Part shown: positions 26,472 through 36,267 of the stretch, one piece after another
Layout of the letters: every line of letters starts with the position of its first letter
How positions within the stretch are numbered: the stretch's first letter is position 1
Assembly: GCA_001004665.1 (NCBI GenBank)
Contig: LCRO01000001.1
Location: 483 to 64,482 of the forward strand
Source of the DNA: Candidatus Adlerbacteria bacterium GW2011_GWA1_54_10
Lineage (GTDB): Bacteria > Patescibacteriota > Minisyncoccia > Phycocordibacterales > SBAW01
Direction: 5' to 3'
Length of the DNA stretch: 64,000 nt
Notes under the pieces: model-generated
What the model saw: only the letters and a program-made list of their open reading frames with translations
Database searches by the model: none
What the model was told of the DNA's origin: nothing
Position numbers and translations under genes: made by a program

Positions 26472-27002
26472 TTACTTGCCGAACTTTTGCCGATACAGTT
26501 CGAGACCCTCCTTTATTGCGCCCTTCGCGGCCTCTTTACCGTCGAATCCGGTAACCATTACCTCTTTATCTTGCAATTTTTTGTATGTTGAATAGAAGTG
26601 CTCTATTTCCTTAAGCGTATGCTTGTTGATGTCGCCGAGGTCTCTTGTCTCGGCCCAACGCGGGTCGTCCTTAGGGACAGCGATTATTTTGTCGTCGCGC
26701 TCGCCAGAATCCACCATATGCATTATCGCAACCGGCCGCGCCTTTACCAAGATACCAGGCAGAATGGCGTAGGTGGTTAAAAGCACCACATCAAGCGGGT
26801 CATTGTCGTGCCAATAACTTTGTGGAACGAACCCGTAGTCGAATGGGAAATCCTGTGCGGTATGAGCGACTCGGTCGAGCGCGATGATACCGGTCTTTTT
26901 GTCTATCTCGTATTTGTTTTTCGAGCCCTTGTTAATCTCGACGATAACATTGAACTCGTCGGGAGTTTTATCACCTGCCGAAATTTCGTGCCACAAATTC
27001 AT
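26472..27002 (-). CDS. ppa: Family I inorganic pyrophosphatase
   Basis: KYEIDK, YGFVPQS, DNDPLDV, DSGERDDKII and HFYSTYK motifs. Confidence 0.95.
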   Translation of the reverse strand: MNLWHEISAGDKTPDEFNVIVEINKGSKNKYEIDKKTGIIALDRVAHTAQDFPFDYGFVPQSYWHDNDPLDVVLLTTYAILPGILVKARPVAIMHMVDSGERDDKIIAVPKDDPRWAETRDLGDINKHTLKEIEHFYSTYKKLQDKEVMVTGFDGKEAAKGAIKEGLELYRQKFGK

Positions 27003-27013
27003 ATTTATCAAAA

Positions 27014-28225
27014 CTACTTCGTTTCTTTAGTTTCCGCAACTTCTGTTCCCGTTTCTTTAGGCTCGCCGCTCTCGTCAGCCTCGGCGACTTTTTCGCCGCC
27101 TATAGACTCTATGTCTATGCGCCATCCCGTAAGTTTGGCCGCAAGGCGCACGTTCTGCCCGCCGCGGCCTATCGCCAGGCTCTGCTGGTCCTCGGCGACC
27201 TTGACTGTCGCCTTGTGCTCCCCATCGTCTATGTTTACGGAAAGAACGCGCGCCGGCGATAGCGCTTCCTCGATGAAGGCCTTTGGATCCTCCGACCACT
27301 CGACAATGTCGATTTTTTCGCCGCCGAGCTCCGATGTTACGGTCGAAACGCGCACCCCGCGCTGGCCCACCAGGGAGCCGACAGGGTCCACATGCGCATC
27401 CGCCGACGCGACTGCGACCTTCGAGCGGCTGCCGGCCTCGCGCGCGATGGCCTTAAATATAACGGTGCCGTGCGCCGCCTCGGGAGCCTCCATCTCAAAA
27501 AGTTTTTTGAGAAAGTCCGGATGCGCGCGGCTGAGCCTCAAGTAAATGCCGCGCGGCGACTCCTCCACCTGGTACAGAAGCGCGCGAATGCGCTCGCCCT
27601 GCCGGTACCGCTCGCCTGGTATCTGCTCCTCGTAAGGCAAAATGCCGGTCGCGCGGCCAAGGTCCACGTAAAGGTTGCCGCGCTCCATGCGTTGCACACT
27701 GCCGGAGATTATCTCTCCTTGGCGCTTTCCGAACTCCGCCACGACAGCGGTCTTCTCCGCCTCGCGTATCTTCTGGATTATGACCTGCTTTGCGGTCTGC
27801 GCCGCTATGCGGCCGTAGTCGTCTCTCGCCTCAAGAGGGAAGATAAGCTCGTCGCCGACGGACGCATCGCGCTTTATAAGTTTGGCGTCAGCCAGAGTAA
27901 TGTGCTGTTCCTCGCTGAAGCGCGGAAGTGGAGCAATAGGGTTGCCGTCCGCGTCGAGTTCCGGTTCTTTTGGGGATTCCTCTCCCTCCTCCTCGTCGGC
28001 AAAACGCACGGTCGTTTCGTCCGCCACCGTTTTTATCTGCGAAAATTCCGTCTTGCCGGAGTTAAGGTCCACATGCGCGCGGATGACTTGCCCCTTTTTG
28101 GCGTACTCTTTTTTATACGCGGTCGCGAGCGCCATCTCCATGGCCTCTACAACCTTGGCGCGCGGAATGCCGCGCTCATCCTCGAGCTCACTTAGTACGG
28201 AATTGATGACTTTTAAATCAAACAT
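27014..28225 (-). CDS. nusA: Transcription termination factor NusA
   Basis: GRIAAQTAKQVI, S1 domain, AREAGSRSKVAV and AIGRGGQNVRLAAKLTGWRIDI. Confidence 0.97.
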   Translation of the reverse strand: MFDLKVINSVLSELEDERGIPRAKVVEAMEMALATAYKKEYAKKGQVIRAHVDLNSGKTEFSQIKTVADETTVRFADEEEGEESPKEPELDADGNPIAPLPRFSEEQHITLADAKLIKRDASVGDELIFPLEARDDYGRIAAQTAKQVIIQKIREAEKTAVVAEFGKRQGEIISGSVQRMERGNLYVDLGRATGILPYEEQIPGERYRQGERIRALLYQVEESPRGIYLRLSRAHPDFLKKLFEMEAPEAAHGTVIFKAIAREAGSRSKVAVASADAHVDPVGSLVGQRGVRVSTVTSELGGEKIDIVEWSEDPKAFIEEALSPARVLSVNIDDGEHKATVKVAEDQQSLAIGRGGQNVRLAAKLTGWRIDIESIGGEKVAEADESGEPKETGTEVAETKETK

Positions 28226-28253
28226 GATATCTTCGGTTCGCTTTTAAAAGGAG

Positions 28254-28316
28254 AACCGCCCTCTCGGGGCGGTTTCCAGACTATATTATCCTACTGCGGT
28301 CCATGTATAAAGTCAA
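28254..28316 (-). promoter_or_regulatory. nusA promoter and leader hairpin
   Basis: TTGACT-N17-TAGGAT (28316-28288), then a GC hairpin (+ strand AACCGCCCTCTCGGGGCGGTT, 28254-28274) followed by CTCCTTTT on the minus strand. Confidence 0.6.
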
Positions 28317-28337
28317 ACATTCTTATATAATGCAACC

Positions 28338-29762
28338 ATGTACGCGGAGGAGGCGCTTAGGGATTTTTTAATTGATGTGGGACTTGTGTCGAAAAGTCAA
28401 ATGGAAGTCCTTGGCGGCGAGAAGGTTTCGCGGTCGCTCATTGAGCGGGGAATACTATCCGAAGACGAACTATGCAAGGCGCTCGCGCACGTGCACGGCA
28501 TACCTTTTATCGAGCTCGACGTGGACGATATTTCGCAGGACGCACTTGCCGTTATACCCGAGCCGCTCTCGCGGGGACATTCGATAATAGGATATCGAAT
28601 GTCGGAAAACAAGCTCGAGGTTGCCCTGCTCGACCTTGTCGCGCTTGAGGAGCTGGAATTTTTGCGTCCGCGTTACAAAATTTTGCCGCGCCTGACCGAC
28701 AAAGAATCGATAAAACGCGGACTTCTTGCGTATCAAAAGTATCTGCGCGGGAAATACGGCAAGGCGCTCAAGGAGGAGGGTGACCCCGATCGCATGGCGC
28801 GGCATCTGCTCGCCCACGCGCTCGCGCAGGGCGCGAGCGCGGCGCATTTAGAGCCCGGCGATTCCGGTGTCTTAGTGCGCCATCGCATCAATGGCGCCTT
28901 GCGCGACGCGATTCTGCTTCCGCAAAGCATGCAGACGGCTCTGGAGGGTATATTCCCCAAAGACGGATGGATAGCGGTGGACATCGGCGTCGGCTCGGAC
29001 ATCAAAGTGCGCGTAGCGCGCCCTGGCGGAGGAAAGATCGTTCTCAATCTGCGCGGTGCCGCTTTTGAGCCTCTTGGGTTTCATGGCGAGGCGCTCGAGC
29101 AGTTAGAGCGCGCGGTTTCGCGCCGGCACCTGCCTGCGCAGGCAGGCGGAGTCGTCGCAATAGAGGGCGAGGGCAAGTCTATGCTTTTGAGAACCATAAA
29201 AGAGATCGTTTCGGCGCCCGATATTTCGATCGCAGATGTCGGCTCTTCCGCCGCGGCGCGCGTCGCGCTTAAAGCCGATCCGGACGTTATATTTATGAAC
29301 GGCATGCGCGACAGCGAGAGCGCCGCTCTCGCCGCAAGCGGCGCGGCGCGCGGCATATTCGTCGTCGTCGCGGTCGAGGGTGGGGGGTTGATCGGGGAGG
29401 CGCTTATAGTTCGGCAGGCGCTGGCGCGCAGGCTCTGCCAAAAGCAATTTTTTGACAAACGGCCTCTATCGCGGCTTGAGCAGAATGCACTCGAGCCTCA
29501 TGCAGATTTCATCCGCGTGCTCTCCGCGCTAAAAGAAGAGGGTGTTGTAGGAAAAGAAACGCCTTGGAAGGAAGTCAAATTCGCGCGCGCCGTGCCCTGC
29601 AGCGAGTGCCGCGGAGGATATGCCGGCGACATAGGCCTGCAGGAGGTTTCCGCCGGCGGAACTCGCATAGGCCTTAATTTGGCGGAAGACGGTCTCTTCA
29701 AGTCCGCGCAAGGGCAGACGAGCCTCGAGGAGGTATTGTCCATGCTGTATGATGGCAGGTGA
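28338..29762 (+). CDS. PilB/GspE-like protein with degenerate ATPase motifs
   Basis: MshEN-like N terminus, ASAAHLEP...VRHRINGAL, RQALARRLC and CSEC. Walker A reads GEGKS and Walker B reads DPDVIFMNGMRD. Confidence 0.8.
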   Translation: MYAEEALRDFLIDVGLVSKSQMEVLGGEKVSRSLIERGILSEDELCKALAHVHGIPFIELDVDDISQDALAVIPEPLSRGHSIIGYRMSENKLEVALLDLVALEELEFLRPRYKILPRLTDKESIKRGLLAYQKYLRGKYGKALKEEGDPDRMARHLLAHALAQGASAAHLEPGDSGVLVRHRINGALRDAILLPQSMQTALEGIFPKDGWIAVDIGVGSDIKVRVARPGGGKIVLNLRGAAFEPLGFHGEALEQLERAVSRRHLPAQAGGVVAIEGEGKSMLLRTIKEIVSAPDISIADVGSSAAARVALKADPDVIFMNGMRDSESAALAASGAARGIFVVVAVEGGGLIGEALIVRQALARRLCQKQFFDKRPLSRLEQNALEPHADFIRVLSALKEEGVVGKETPWKEVKFARAVPCSECRGGYAGDIGLQEVSAGGTRIGLNLAEDGLFKSAQGQTSLEEVLSMLYDGR

Positions 29763-30592
29763 TGAACAGATTCCCCAAGTCGCGGCGCATAGTGATAGCC
29801 AACTGGAAGATGTATTTGGAATCTCCCAAGGAGGCGGTTAAGTACGCGCAAAATTTGCGCAAAAATGCGAGAAATTTCAATGGAGTGGAAGCATGGATAG
29901 CGGCGCCGTTTACTTTGATACCAGTCGTGGCACAGGCGCTAAAAAATTCGAGCATAAAAATAGGTGCGCAGACGGCGTCGCCTTTCAATGCCGCGCAAAG
30001 TGGAGTGCATACAGGCGAGGTATCGGCGGCGATGCTCAAAAATGCCGGAGCCGGCTTTGTGCTTGTGGGACACTCGGAACGTCGGGCAATGGGCGAGTCG
30101 GAAGAAACCGTGCGTGAGCAGTCAGTGCGCGCGCTTTCCGCGGGGCTTACCGCAGTTCTCTGCGTAGGGGAGGCGGAGCGCAGTGCGGAGGGCACACACT
30201 TTGGATTTATAGAATCACAGTTGCGGTCGGCGTGCGAGGGACTGCAGGCGTATGCGGGGCGGGCGGCTGTCGCGTACGAGCCGATATGGGCCATTGGCAA
30301 GTCGGCAGAAGACGCCATGAGCCCGCCGGAAATTCAGGAAACGGCCATCTTCATAAAAAAAGTCCTTTCGGATGCGCTCGGCCGCAGCGCCGCCGCAAAA
30401 ATTCCGATACTGTACGGCGGTTCCGTAGACCGGGCTAACGCAAAAGCGATAATGGAGGAGGGCGGCGTTTCTGGATTTCTGGTCGGGCACGCTAGCGCTA
30501 AGCTGGATTCTTTTGTAGAAATACTGAAAGCCGTTCGACCGCTTCGACAGGCTCAGGGTAAACAAGCTCGCGGTAAGCATGCCGGAAATTAG
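29762..30592 (+). CDS. tpiA: Triosephosphate isomerase
   Basis: ANWKM, GHSERR, AYEPIWAIG and YGGSV motifs. The C-terminal tail derives from nested repeats. Confidence 0.96.
   Translation: MNRFPKSRRIVIANWKMYLESPKEAVKYAQNLRKNARNFNGVEAWIAAPFTLIPVVAQALKNSSIKIGAQTASPFNAAQSGVHTGEVSAAMLKNAGAGFVLVGHSERRAMGESEETVREQSVRALSAGLTAVLCVGEAERSAEGTHFGFIESQLRSACEGLQAYAGRAAVAYEPIWAIGKSAEDAMSPPEIQETAIFIKKVLSDALGRSAAAKIPILYGGSVDRANAKAIMEEGGVSGFLVGHASAKLDSFVEILKAVRPLRQAQGKQARGKHAGN
30531..30577 (+). repeat. Nested family A elements at the tpiA 3' end
   Basis: CCGTTCGAC[CGCTTCGACAGGCTCAGGGTAAAC]AAGCTCGCGGTAAG. Confidence 0.75.
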
Positions 30593-31715
30593 AGACATCA
30601 AAGACGCGGACATAGAGAACAAGCGCACATTGGTTCGCGTCGATTTTGACGTCCCTATCGCGGAGGGCCGCATCCTGGACGACGTGCGCATCAAAGCTGT
30701 CATTCCAACTCTTGAGCTGCTACACGAGAGCGGTGCCGCAAAAATTACTCTCATAGCGCACCTCGGCCGCCCCAATGGAAAAACAGTCGAGTCGCTACGT
30801 CTTGTACCCGTAGAAGCGCGCCTGCGCGAGCTGACGAAAGTGCCGTTTGAAATGCGGGAAAATCTGCGCTTCGACCCGCGCGAGGAGGCTAATGACGAAA
30901 ACTTTGCAAAAGAGTTGGCGGCGCTTGGCGATATATATGTAAACGAGGCCTTCGCCGACAGCCATCGTGCGCACGCCTCGATCGTGGGCGTACCGAAATT
31001 CCTTCCATCATATGCGGGCCTGCGCTTTATGAAGGAGGTCGATAAGTTGCGCGAGGCGCAGACACCGCCGGTAGGCTCCGTGGCCGTCATCGGCGGAGCA
31101 AAATTCGAGACTAAGGAACCGCTCTTGCGCAACCTGCTATCCGCGTACTCGCAGGTCCTGCTTGGCGGAGCGCTGGCAGACGACGTACTAAAGGCGCGCG
31201 GCATGCCAGTAGGCGAGTCGCTTGTAGCGGAAGTTGGCGTGCCGACGGAGCTTGCGGGTAGCGAACGCATTCTCGTACCGGCCGATGTGTATCTCGAGGA
31301 AGAGGACGACAAGGGGAGCGCCCGGGCGGCAATGACCGGCGATGTGCGCAAGGAGGAGCGGATAGTGGACATAGGCCCCTCCACGGCCGCGACATGGGCG
31401 CAAAAAATTTCCGAGGCTCCTTTCGTGCTTTGGAACGGTCCCATGGGCATTTACGAGGAAGGATATCGCGCTGGCACGGATGCTCTGGCTGTAGCGCTCA
31501 TCAAGGGCGGCGCAAGGGCAATAGTTGGAGGCGGCGACACTCTAGCCGCTTTGCGCTCCATACAAGATTCTACCTTAAAACAAGGTTCATCGAGGCCGGA
31601 CCTTGATGAAATCGAAAAAAGCGGCCGTATTTTCTTTTCAATGGGCGGCGGGGCAATGCTTAAATATCTCGCCGAGGGCACTCTTCCGGGGCTTGAGGCT
31701 TTGACAAGACGCTAG
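30579..31715 (+). CDS. pgk: Phosphoglycerate kinase
   Basis: RVDFDVP, AHLGRP, ENLRF, HRAHAS, GGAK, WNGPMG, GGGDT and GGGA motifs. Confidence 0.96.
   Translation: MPEIRDIKDADIENKRTLVRVDFDVPIAEGRILDDVRIKAVIPTLELLHESGAAKITLIAHLGRPNGKTVESLRLVPVEARLRELTKVPFEMRENLRFDPREEANDENFAKELAALGDIYVNEAFADSHRAHASIVGVPKFLPSYAGLRFMKEVDKLREAQTPPVGSVAVIGGAKFETKEPLLRNLLSAYSQVLLGGALADDVLKARGMPVGESLVAEVGVPTELAGSERILVPADVYLEEEDDKGSARAAMTGDVRKEERIVDIGPSTAATWAQKISEAPFVLWNGPMGIYEEGYRAGTDALAVALIKGGARAIVGGGDTLAALRSIQDSTLKQGSSRPDLDEIEKSGRIFFSMGGGAMLKYLAEGTLPGLEALTRR
31563..31606. repeat. Degenerate family B element, in frame within pgk
   Basis: CAAGATTCTACCTTAAAACAAGGTTCATCGAGGCCGGACCTTGA encodes QDSTLKQGSSRPDL. Confidence 0.75.
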
Positions 31716-31823
31716 ACTAGTTTTCGCGATCGCAATCCACAGATTTTTGTGTAATTTTCGGGTGCGGGGAACGAGGCTAGTCCCTATACTATAGGGACCT
31801 TTATAAATTAATATTTATTTTCC

Positions 31824-33992
31824 ATGCCCCGCACAGAAGCTCCCATGCCTGTATCCATTGTCAAGCGCGACGGGCGCACAGTGCCATTTAATTCCGACAA
31901 AATAGCCATGGCGCTGGAGCGTGCTTATGCGTCTTTGGGACAGGAGCGCCCGGACATGGTCGCGATAATCACGAACGCAATCGCAGGCTCCCTTGCGGAG
32001 CGCAAGGAAACACCGACTGTCGAAGAGGTGCAGGACATGGTGGAAAAGTCCCTTCTTACCATGCGGGAATTCGAGGTCGCCAAGGCGTACATGCTGTACA
32101 GAGAGCAGCATTCCGCGATGCGGCGCTTGCGCGGCGAGCAAGGCGGGGGGATGCTTGTCGAGAAATACCTGGGGAATGCCGACTGGCAGGTCAAGGAAAA
32201 CAGCAATATGGCCTTCTCTCTGCAGGGACTCAACAATTACGTCGCTTCCGACATCAGCAAGCGCTACTGGCTGGAGTCCATTTATCCCAAAGAGGTGCGC
32301 AGGGCGCATGAGGGAGGAGACTTCCACATGCACGACTTGCAGACGCTGTCCGTATACTGCGTCGGGTGGGACCTCATGGACCTTCTTATGCGCGGCTTCG
32401 GCGGTGTCCCGGGCAAAGTGTCGAGCGCGCCGCCGAGGCACTTCCGCAGCGCCTTGGGACAGGTAGTCAACTTTTTCTACACCCTGCAGGGCGAGGCGGC
32501 GGGGGCGCAGGCATTCTCGTCCCTCGATACCCTGCTCGCGCCTTTTATCCGCTACGACGGCTTGACTTATGACGAGGTCAAGCAGGCCCTGCAGGAGTTC
32601 GTATTCAACCTTAACGTTCCGACTCGCGTAGGTTTCCAAACGCCGTTCACCAACGTTACGCTCGATGTTGTCGTGCCGGAGTCCTTGCTCGGCACGCCGG
32701 TGATTCGCGGAGGCAAAATGCAAAAGGAATGCTACGGCGAATTTCAGGACGAGGTTAATACTTTCAATCGCGCATTCGTCGAGATACTGCGCGACGGCGA
32801 TGCCTCCGGAAGGGTATTTACCTTCCCGATTCCTACATACAACATCACCCGCGACTTCAATTGGGACAACCCGGCCCTGGAGCCTCTGTGGGAGGCCGCG
32901 GCGAAGTACGGGATCCCGTACTTTTCCAATTTCGTCAGCTCGGACATGAATCCGGAGGACGCGCGCTCTATGTGCTGCCGCCTGCGCATAGACAACCGAG
33001 ACCTAGTCAAGCGCGGCGGGGGGCTCTTCGGAGCGCATCCGCTTACGGGCTCGGTCGGCGTCGTAACCATCAACATGCCGCGCCTCGGGCTCATATCCAA
33101 AAACGAGGAGGATTTCTTCGCAAGGCTCTCGCGCCTGATGGAGACGGCAAAGACGAGCCTCGAGATAAAGCGCAAAATGCTCGAGCGCCTTACGGAAGGC
33201 GGGCTCTATCCGTATACCCGGTACTATCTTGGCAAGATCCGCGAGCAGAACGGCTCATACTGGATGAATCACTTCTCCACCATAGGTCTAGTCGGAATGA
33301 ACGAGGCAACGCTCAATTTGTTGGGCAGTACAATCGCCGAGCAAAGGGGAAGGGAGTTCGGCGAGCGTGTGCTTTCCTTCATGCGCGAGAAACTTTCCGA
33401 TTTTCAGGAGGAAACAGGCAACTTGTACAACCTTGAGGCGACGCCGGCCGAGGGCGCGGCGTACAGACTTGCGCTCATTGACCAGAAGCAGTTTGAGAAC
33501 GCCCGTTTTGCAAACGGGGCGGGAAAGGATGTCCAGCACCCCTTCTACACCAACTCAACGCACCTACCCGTCAATTATACCGACGACATATTCGAGATAC
33601 TTGAGCTTCAGGACAATCTGCAGACCAAGTATACGGGCGGCACGGTGATACATTTTTTCATCGGCGAGCGAGTGAAGGACCCGCGCGCCGTGCGCGAGAT
33701 GGTGCGTATCATCTGCAACAATTACCACTTACCGTACTTCACCATCACTCCGACGTTCAGCGTCTGCTCTTCGCACGGTTATCTTGCGGGCGAATGCCAG
33801 CGCTGCCCGACCTGCGGCGCTACCTGCGAAGTTTACTCGCGCATAGTCGGATACCTGCGGCCGACGGCGCAGTGGAACCAGGGTAAGCTCGCGGAATTCG
33901 GCATGCGCGAGACCATCCCGAGCGAGAAGGTCGGCTCTCCCTCCCATGCGGATGCGGCTCTCAATCCTGTAGGCGAGGCGGTATGCGCATAG
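31824..33992 (+). CDS. nrdD: Anaerobic (class III) ribonucleoside-triphosphate reductase
   Basis: ATP cone, SMCCRL, LEATPAEG, Zn ribbon and YSRIVGYL glycyl-radical motif. Confidence 0.96.
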   Translation: MPRTEAPMPVSIVKRDGRTVPFNSDKIAMALERAYASLGQERPDMVAIITNAIAGSLAERKETPTVEEVQDMVEKSLLTMREFEVAKAYMLYREQHSAMRRLRGEQGGGMLVEKYLGNADWQVKENSNMAFSLQGLNNYVASDISKRYWLESIYPKEVRRAHEGGDFHMHDLQTLSVYCVGWDLMDLLMRGFGGVPGKVSSAPPRHFRSALGQVVNFFYTLQGEAAGAQAFSSLDTLLAPFIRYDGLTYDEVKQALQEFVFNLNVPTRVGFQTPFTNVTLDVVVPESLLGTPVIRGGKMQKECYGEFQDEVNTFNRAFVEILRDGDASGRVFTFPIPTYNITRDFNWDNPALEPLWEAAAKYGIPYFSNFVSSDMNPEDARSMCCRLRIDNRDLVKRGGGLFGAHPLTGSVGVVTINMPRLGLISKNEEDFFARLSRLMETAKTSLEIKRKMLERLTEGGLYPYTRYYLGKIREQNGSYWMNHFSTIGLVGMNEATLNLLGSTIAEQRGREFGERVLSFMREKLSDFQEETGNLYNLEATPAEGAAYRLALIDQKQFENARFANGAGKDVQHPFYTNSTHLPVNYTDDIFEILELQDNLQTKYTGGTVIHFFIGERVKDPRAVREMVRIICNNYHLPYFTITPTFSVCSSHGYLAGECQRCPTCGATCEVYSRIVGYLRPTAQWNQGKLAEFGMRETIPSEKVGSPSHADAALNPVGEAVCA

Positions 33993-34669
33993 GGGGTTTC
34001 CAGGGGAGCTCGCTCATCGATTATCCCGGCAACGTTTCCGCGGTCATATTTACCATAGGATGCAACTTCCGCTGTCCCTACTGCCACAACCCGGAGCTTG
34101 TGCTCGAGACTCCGGAGCGCGAGATACCGTCGGAGGAGATAATCAAGTTCCTCGATTCGCGGAAAGGGGTTTTGCCGGCCGTAGTTATAACGGGCGGTGA
34201 GCCCACCATGCACGATGACCTGCCGGACTTCGCGCGGAGGGTAAAAAGCCTCGGATACCTGGTCAAGCTCGACACCAACGGGACTAACCCCGCCATGCTT
34301 AGGAAACTGATTGGGGAAAAACATGTAGACTATGTGGCCATGGACATAAAGGCGCCGCGAGAAAAGTACCCGCAGATCGTAGGGAGCGCTGTCAACGCCG
34401 CGGCCATTCGCGAGTCTATAGATTTTCTACTCTCCAACACCGTGGATTATGAGTTCCGCACGACCATTGTCCGCTCCCAACTCTCCCCCGAGGATCTAGA
34501 GCAGATAGGGGTCGAAATAGCTGGAGCGAGGCGATATTTCCTGCAGGAATTCTTGCCGGGGAAGACCCTGCATCCGGCATTCCGTAACAAACTCTCTTAC
34601 GGACGTGGGGAACTTGAAAACATTGCAGAGTCGCTTAAAAAACATGTTACACATTGCGAAGTCCGATGA
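33983..34669 (+). CDS. nrdG: NrdD-activating radical SAM enzyme
   Basis: GCNFRCPYCHN, TGGEPT and LDTNG motifs; overlaps nrdD. Confidence 0.93.
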   Translation: MRIGGFQGSSLIDYPGNVSAVIFTIGCNFRCPYCHNPELVLETPEREIPSEEIIKFLDSRKGVLPAVVITGGEPTMHDDLPDFARRVKSLGYLVKLDTNGTNPAMLRKLIGEKHVDYVAMDIKAPREKYPQIVGSAVNAAAIRESIDFLLSNTVDYEFRTTIVRSQLSPEDLEQIGVEIAGARRYFLQEFLPGKTLHPAFRNKLSYGRGELENIAESLKKHVTHCEVR

Positions 34670-35852
34670 TAACGGCAGACTTTATTTAGACTACGCCGCA
34701 GGCGCGCCGCTCTCCACCTTTGTTGCCGCACAGATGGCGCAGGCGAGCACCATTCATGGAAATCCATCCTCGCTTTACGAGGAGGGGAGAGCGGCGCGCG
34801 CGGCTCTCGAGGGCGCAAGAGAGTGCGTCGCGCGCGCGCTTGGCGCGCGCGCGAGCGAAATAATATTCACCGGCTCGGGTAGCGAGTCGGACGCCCTGGC
34901 TCTGTGCGGTGCCGCGCGCGCTCTCTCTCGCGTTGGGCGACACATAATCGTGTCTTCCATAGAGCATAAGGCCGTGCTCAAGTCGGCGCGCGCGCTGGAG
35001 AAAGAAGGATTTTCCGTGAGCTATCTGCCGCCGGATAAAGAAGGATACATAAGCCCAGACACGCTCGCTCGCGCCGTGCGCGCGGACACTGTTCTTGTTT
35101 CTGTAATGTACGCGAACAACGAGATAGGCACGGTGGAGCCTGTGCAAAAACTTGTCGATGCCGTCCGTGCGCGCGCGCCTCGCGTGCTCTTCCACACCGA
35201 CGCATGCCAGGCGCCCGGCCAGTTGCCTGTAGACGTGAACTTGCTCGGGGTAGACCTCATGAGCGTCAACGGATCAAAGGCTTACGGACCGAAAGGAATC
35301 GGCGCTCTTTTTGTGCGCGAGGGCGTGCGTCTCGAGCCCATAGTGCATGGCGAGCAGGAGATGGGCATTCGCGGCGGGACTGAAAGTGTCTTATTAGCTG
35401 CCGGGCTTGCCGCGGCGCTTAATGAGTCGGAGGCTCTGCGCAAGATGGAAGCTCCTCGGCTGGAGCGCCTGCGCGACCTGCTTATATCGCAGGTCGAGTC
35501 GCGCATAAGCGGGGCGCGTCTGCACGGTCCAAGGGAAAACCGCCTGCCCAGCAACGTGCATTTTTCCTTCTCCGGAGTCGAAGGCGAAGCCATGCTGCTT
35601 ATGCTCGATGCGCGCGGCATTTCGTGCGCGACTGGCTCGGCGTGCAACTCCCTCGACCTCGCGCCGTCGCACGTTCTGCTCGCCATAGGTGAAGATCCGG
35701 AGCTTTGCCACGGCTCTGTGCGCATGACGATAGGGCGCGCGACAAGCGAGGAGGACATTTTTCGCGCAACCCGCGAGCTCGAGGATGTGGTCGCGCGCCT
35801 GCGTTCTATTTCTGCGTTAACTATTATGAAGCAAAACTGTTTTGAGAAATAA
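34644..35852 (+). CDS. iscS: Cysteine desulfurase IscS/NifS
   Basis: YLDYAA, GNPSS, EHKAV, NNEIGT, HTDACQ, KAYGPKGIG and TGSAC motifs. Confidence 0.93.
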   Translation: MLHIAKSDDNGRLYLDYAAGAPLSTFVAAQMAQASTIHGNPSSLYEEGRAARAALEGARECVARALGARASEIIFTGSGSESDALALCGAARALSRVGRHIIVSSIEHKAVLKSARALEKEGFSVSYLPPDKEGYISPDTLARAVRADTVLVSVMYANNEIGTVEPVQKLVDAVRARAPRVLFHTDACQAPGQLPVDVNLLGVDLMSVNGSKAYGPKGIGALFVREGVRLEPIVHGEQEMGIRGGTESVLLAAGLAAALNESEALRKMEAPRLERLRDLLISQVESRISGARLHGPRENRLPSNVHFSFSGVEGEAMLLMLDARGISCATGSACNSLDLAPSHVLLAIGEDPELCHGSVRMTIGRATSEEDIFRATRELEDVVARLRSISALTIMKQNCFEK

Positions 35853-35859
35853 ATACAAT

Positions 35860-36267
35860 ATGAACACTCAAACACCGTGGGCGTACACGGAAACTGTCAA
35901 AGACCACTTCTTCAGTCCGCGCAATTTTTTGCGGGACGGGGAAAATTTTGATTCGGACGGCACCGGTGTCGTCGGAAGCCCCGCGTGCGGGGACGTAATG
36001 ATGGTCGCGATACAAGTCAGGGATAACCGCGTCGCCGCGTGCAGATGGAGGACTTTCGGCTGTGCGTCCGCCATCGCTTCTACTTCCATGATGTCGGTAA
36101 TGGCTACCGAGGACGGCGGTATGCCGCTTACTCGCGCAAAACGCATTAAACCGGAAGAAATTTTGGAGCGCCTCGGCGGTCTGCCGGAGCGCAAATTCCA
36201 CTGCTCGGTCTTGGGGCAGGAGGCCTTGCGTGAAGCGGTACTCGATTATGAGGCTTCGCATGAATAA
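35860..36267 (+). CDS. iscU: Fe-S scaffold protein IscU/NifU-N
   Basis: PACGD, FGCASAIAS and KFHCS (three conserved Cys). Confidence 0.93.
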   Translation: MNTQTPWAYTETVKDHFFSPRNFLRDGENFDSDGTGVVGSPACGDVMMVAIQVRDNRVAACRWRTFGCASAIASTSMMSVMATEDGGMPLTRAKRIKPEEILERLGGLPERKFHCSVLGQEALREAVLDYEASHE

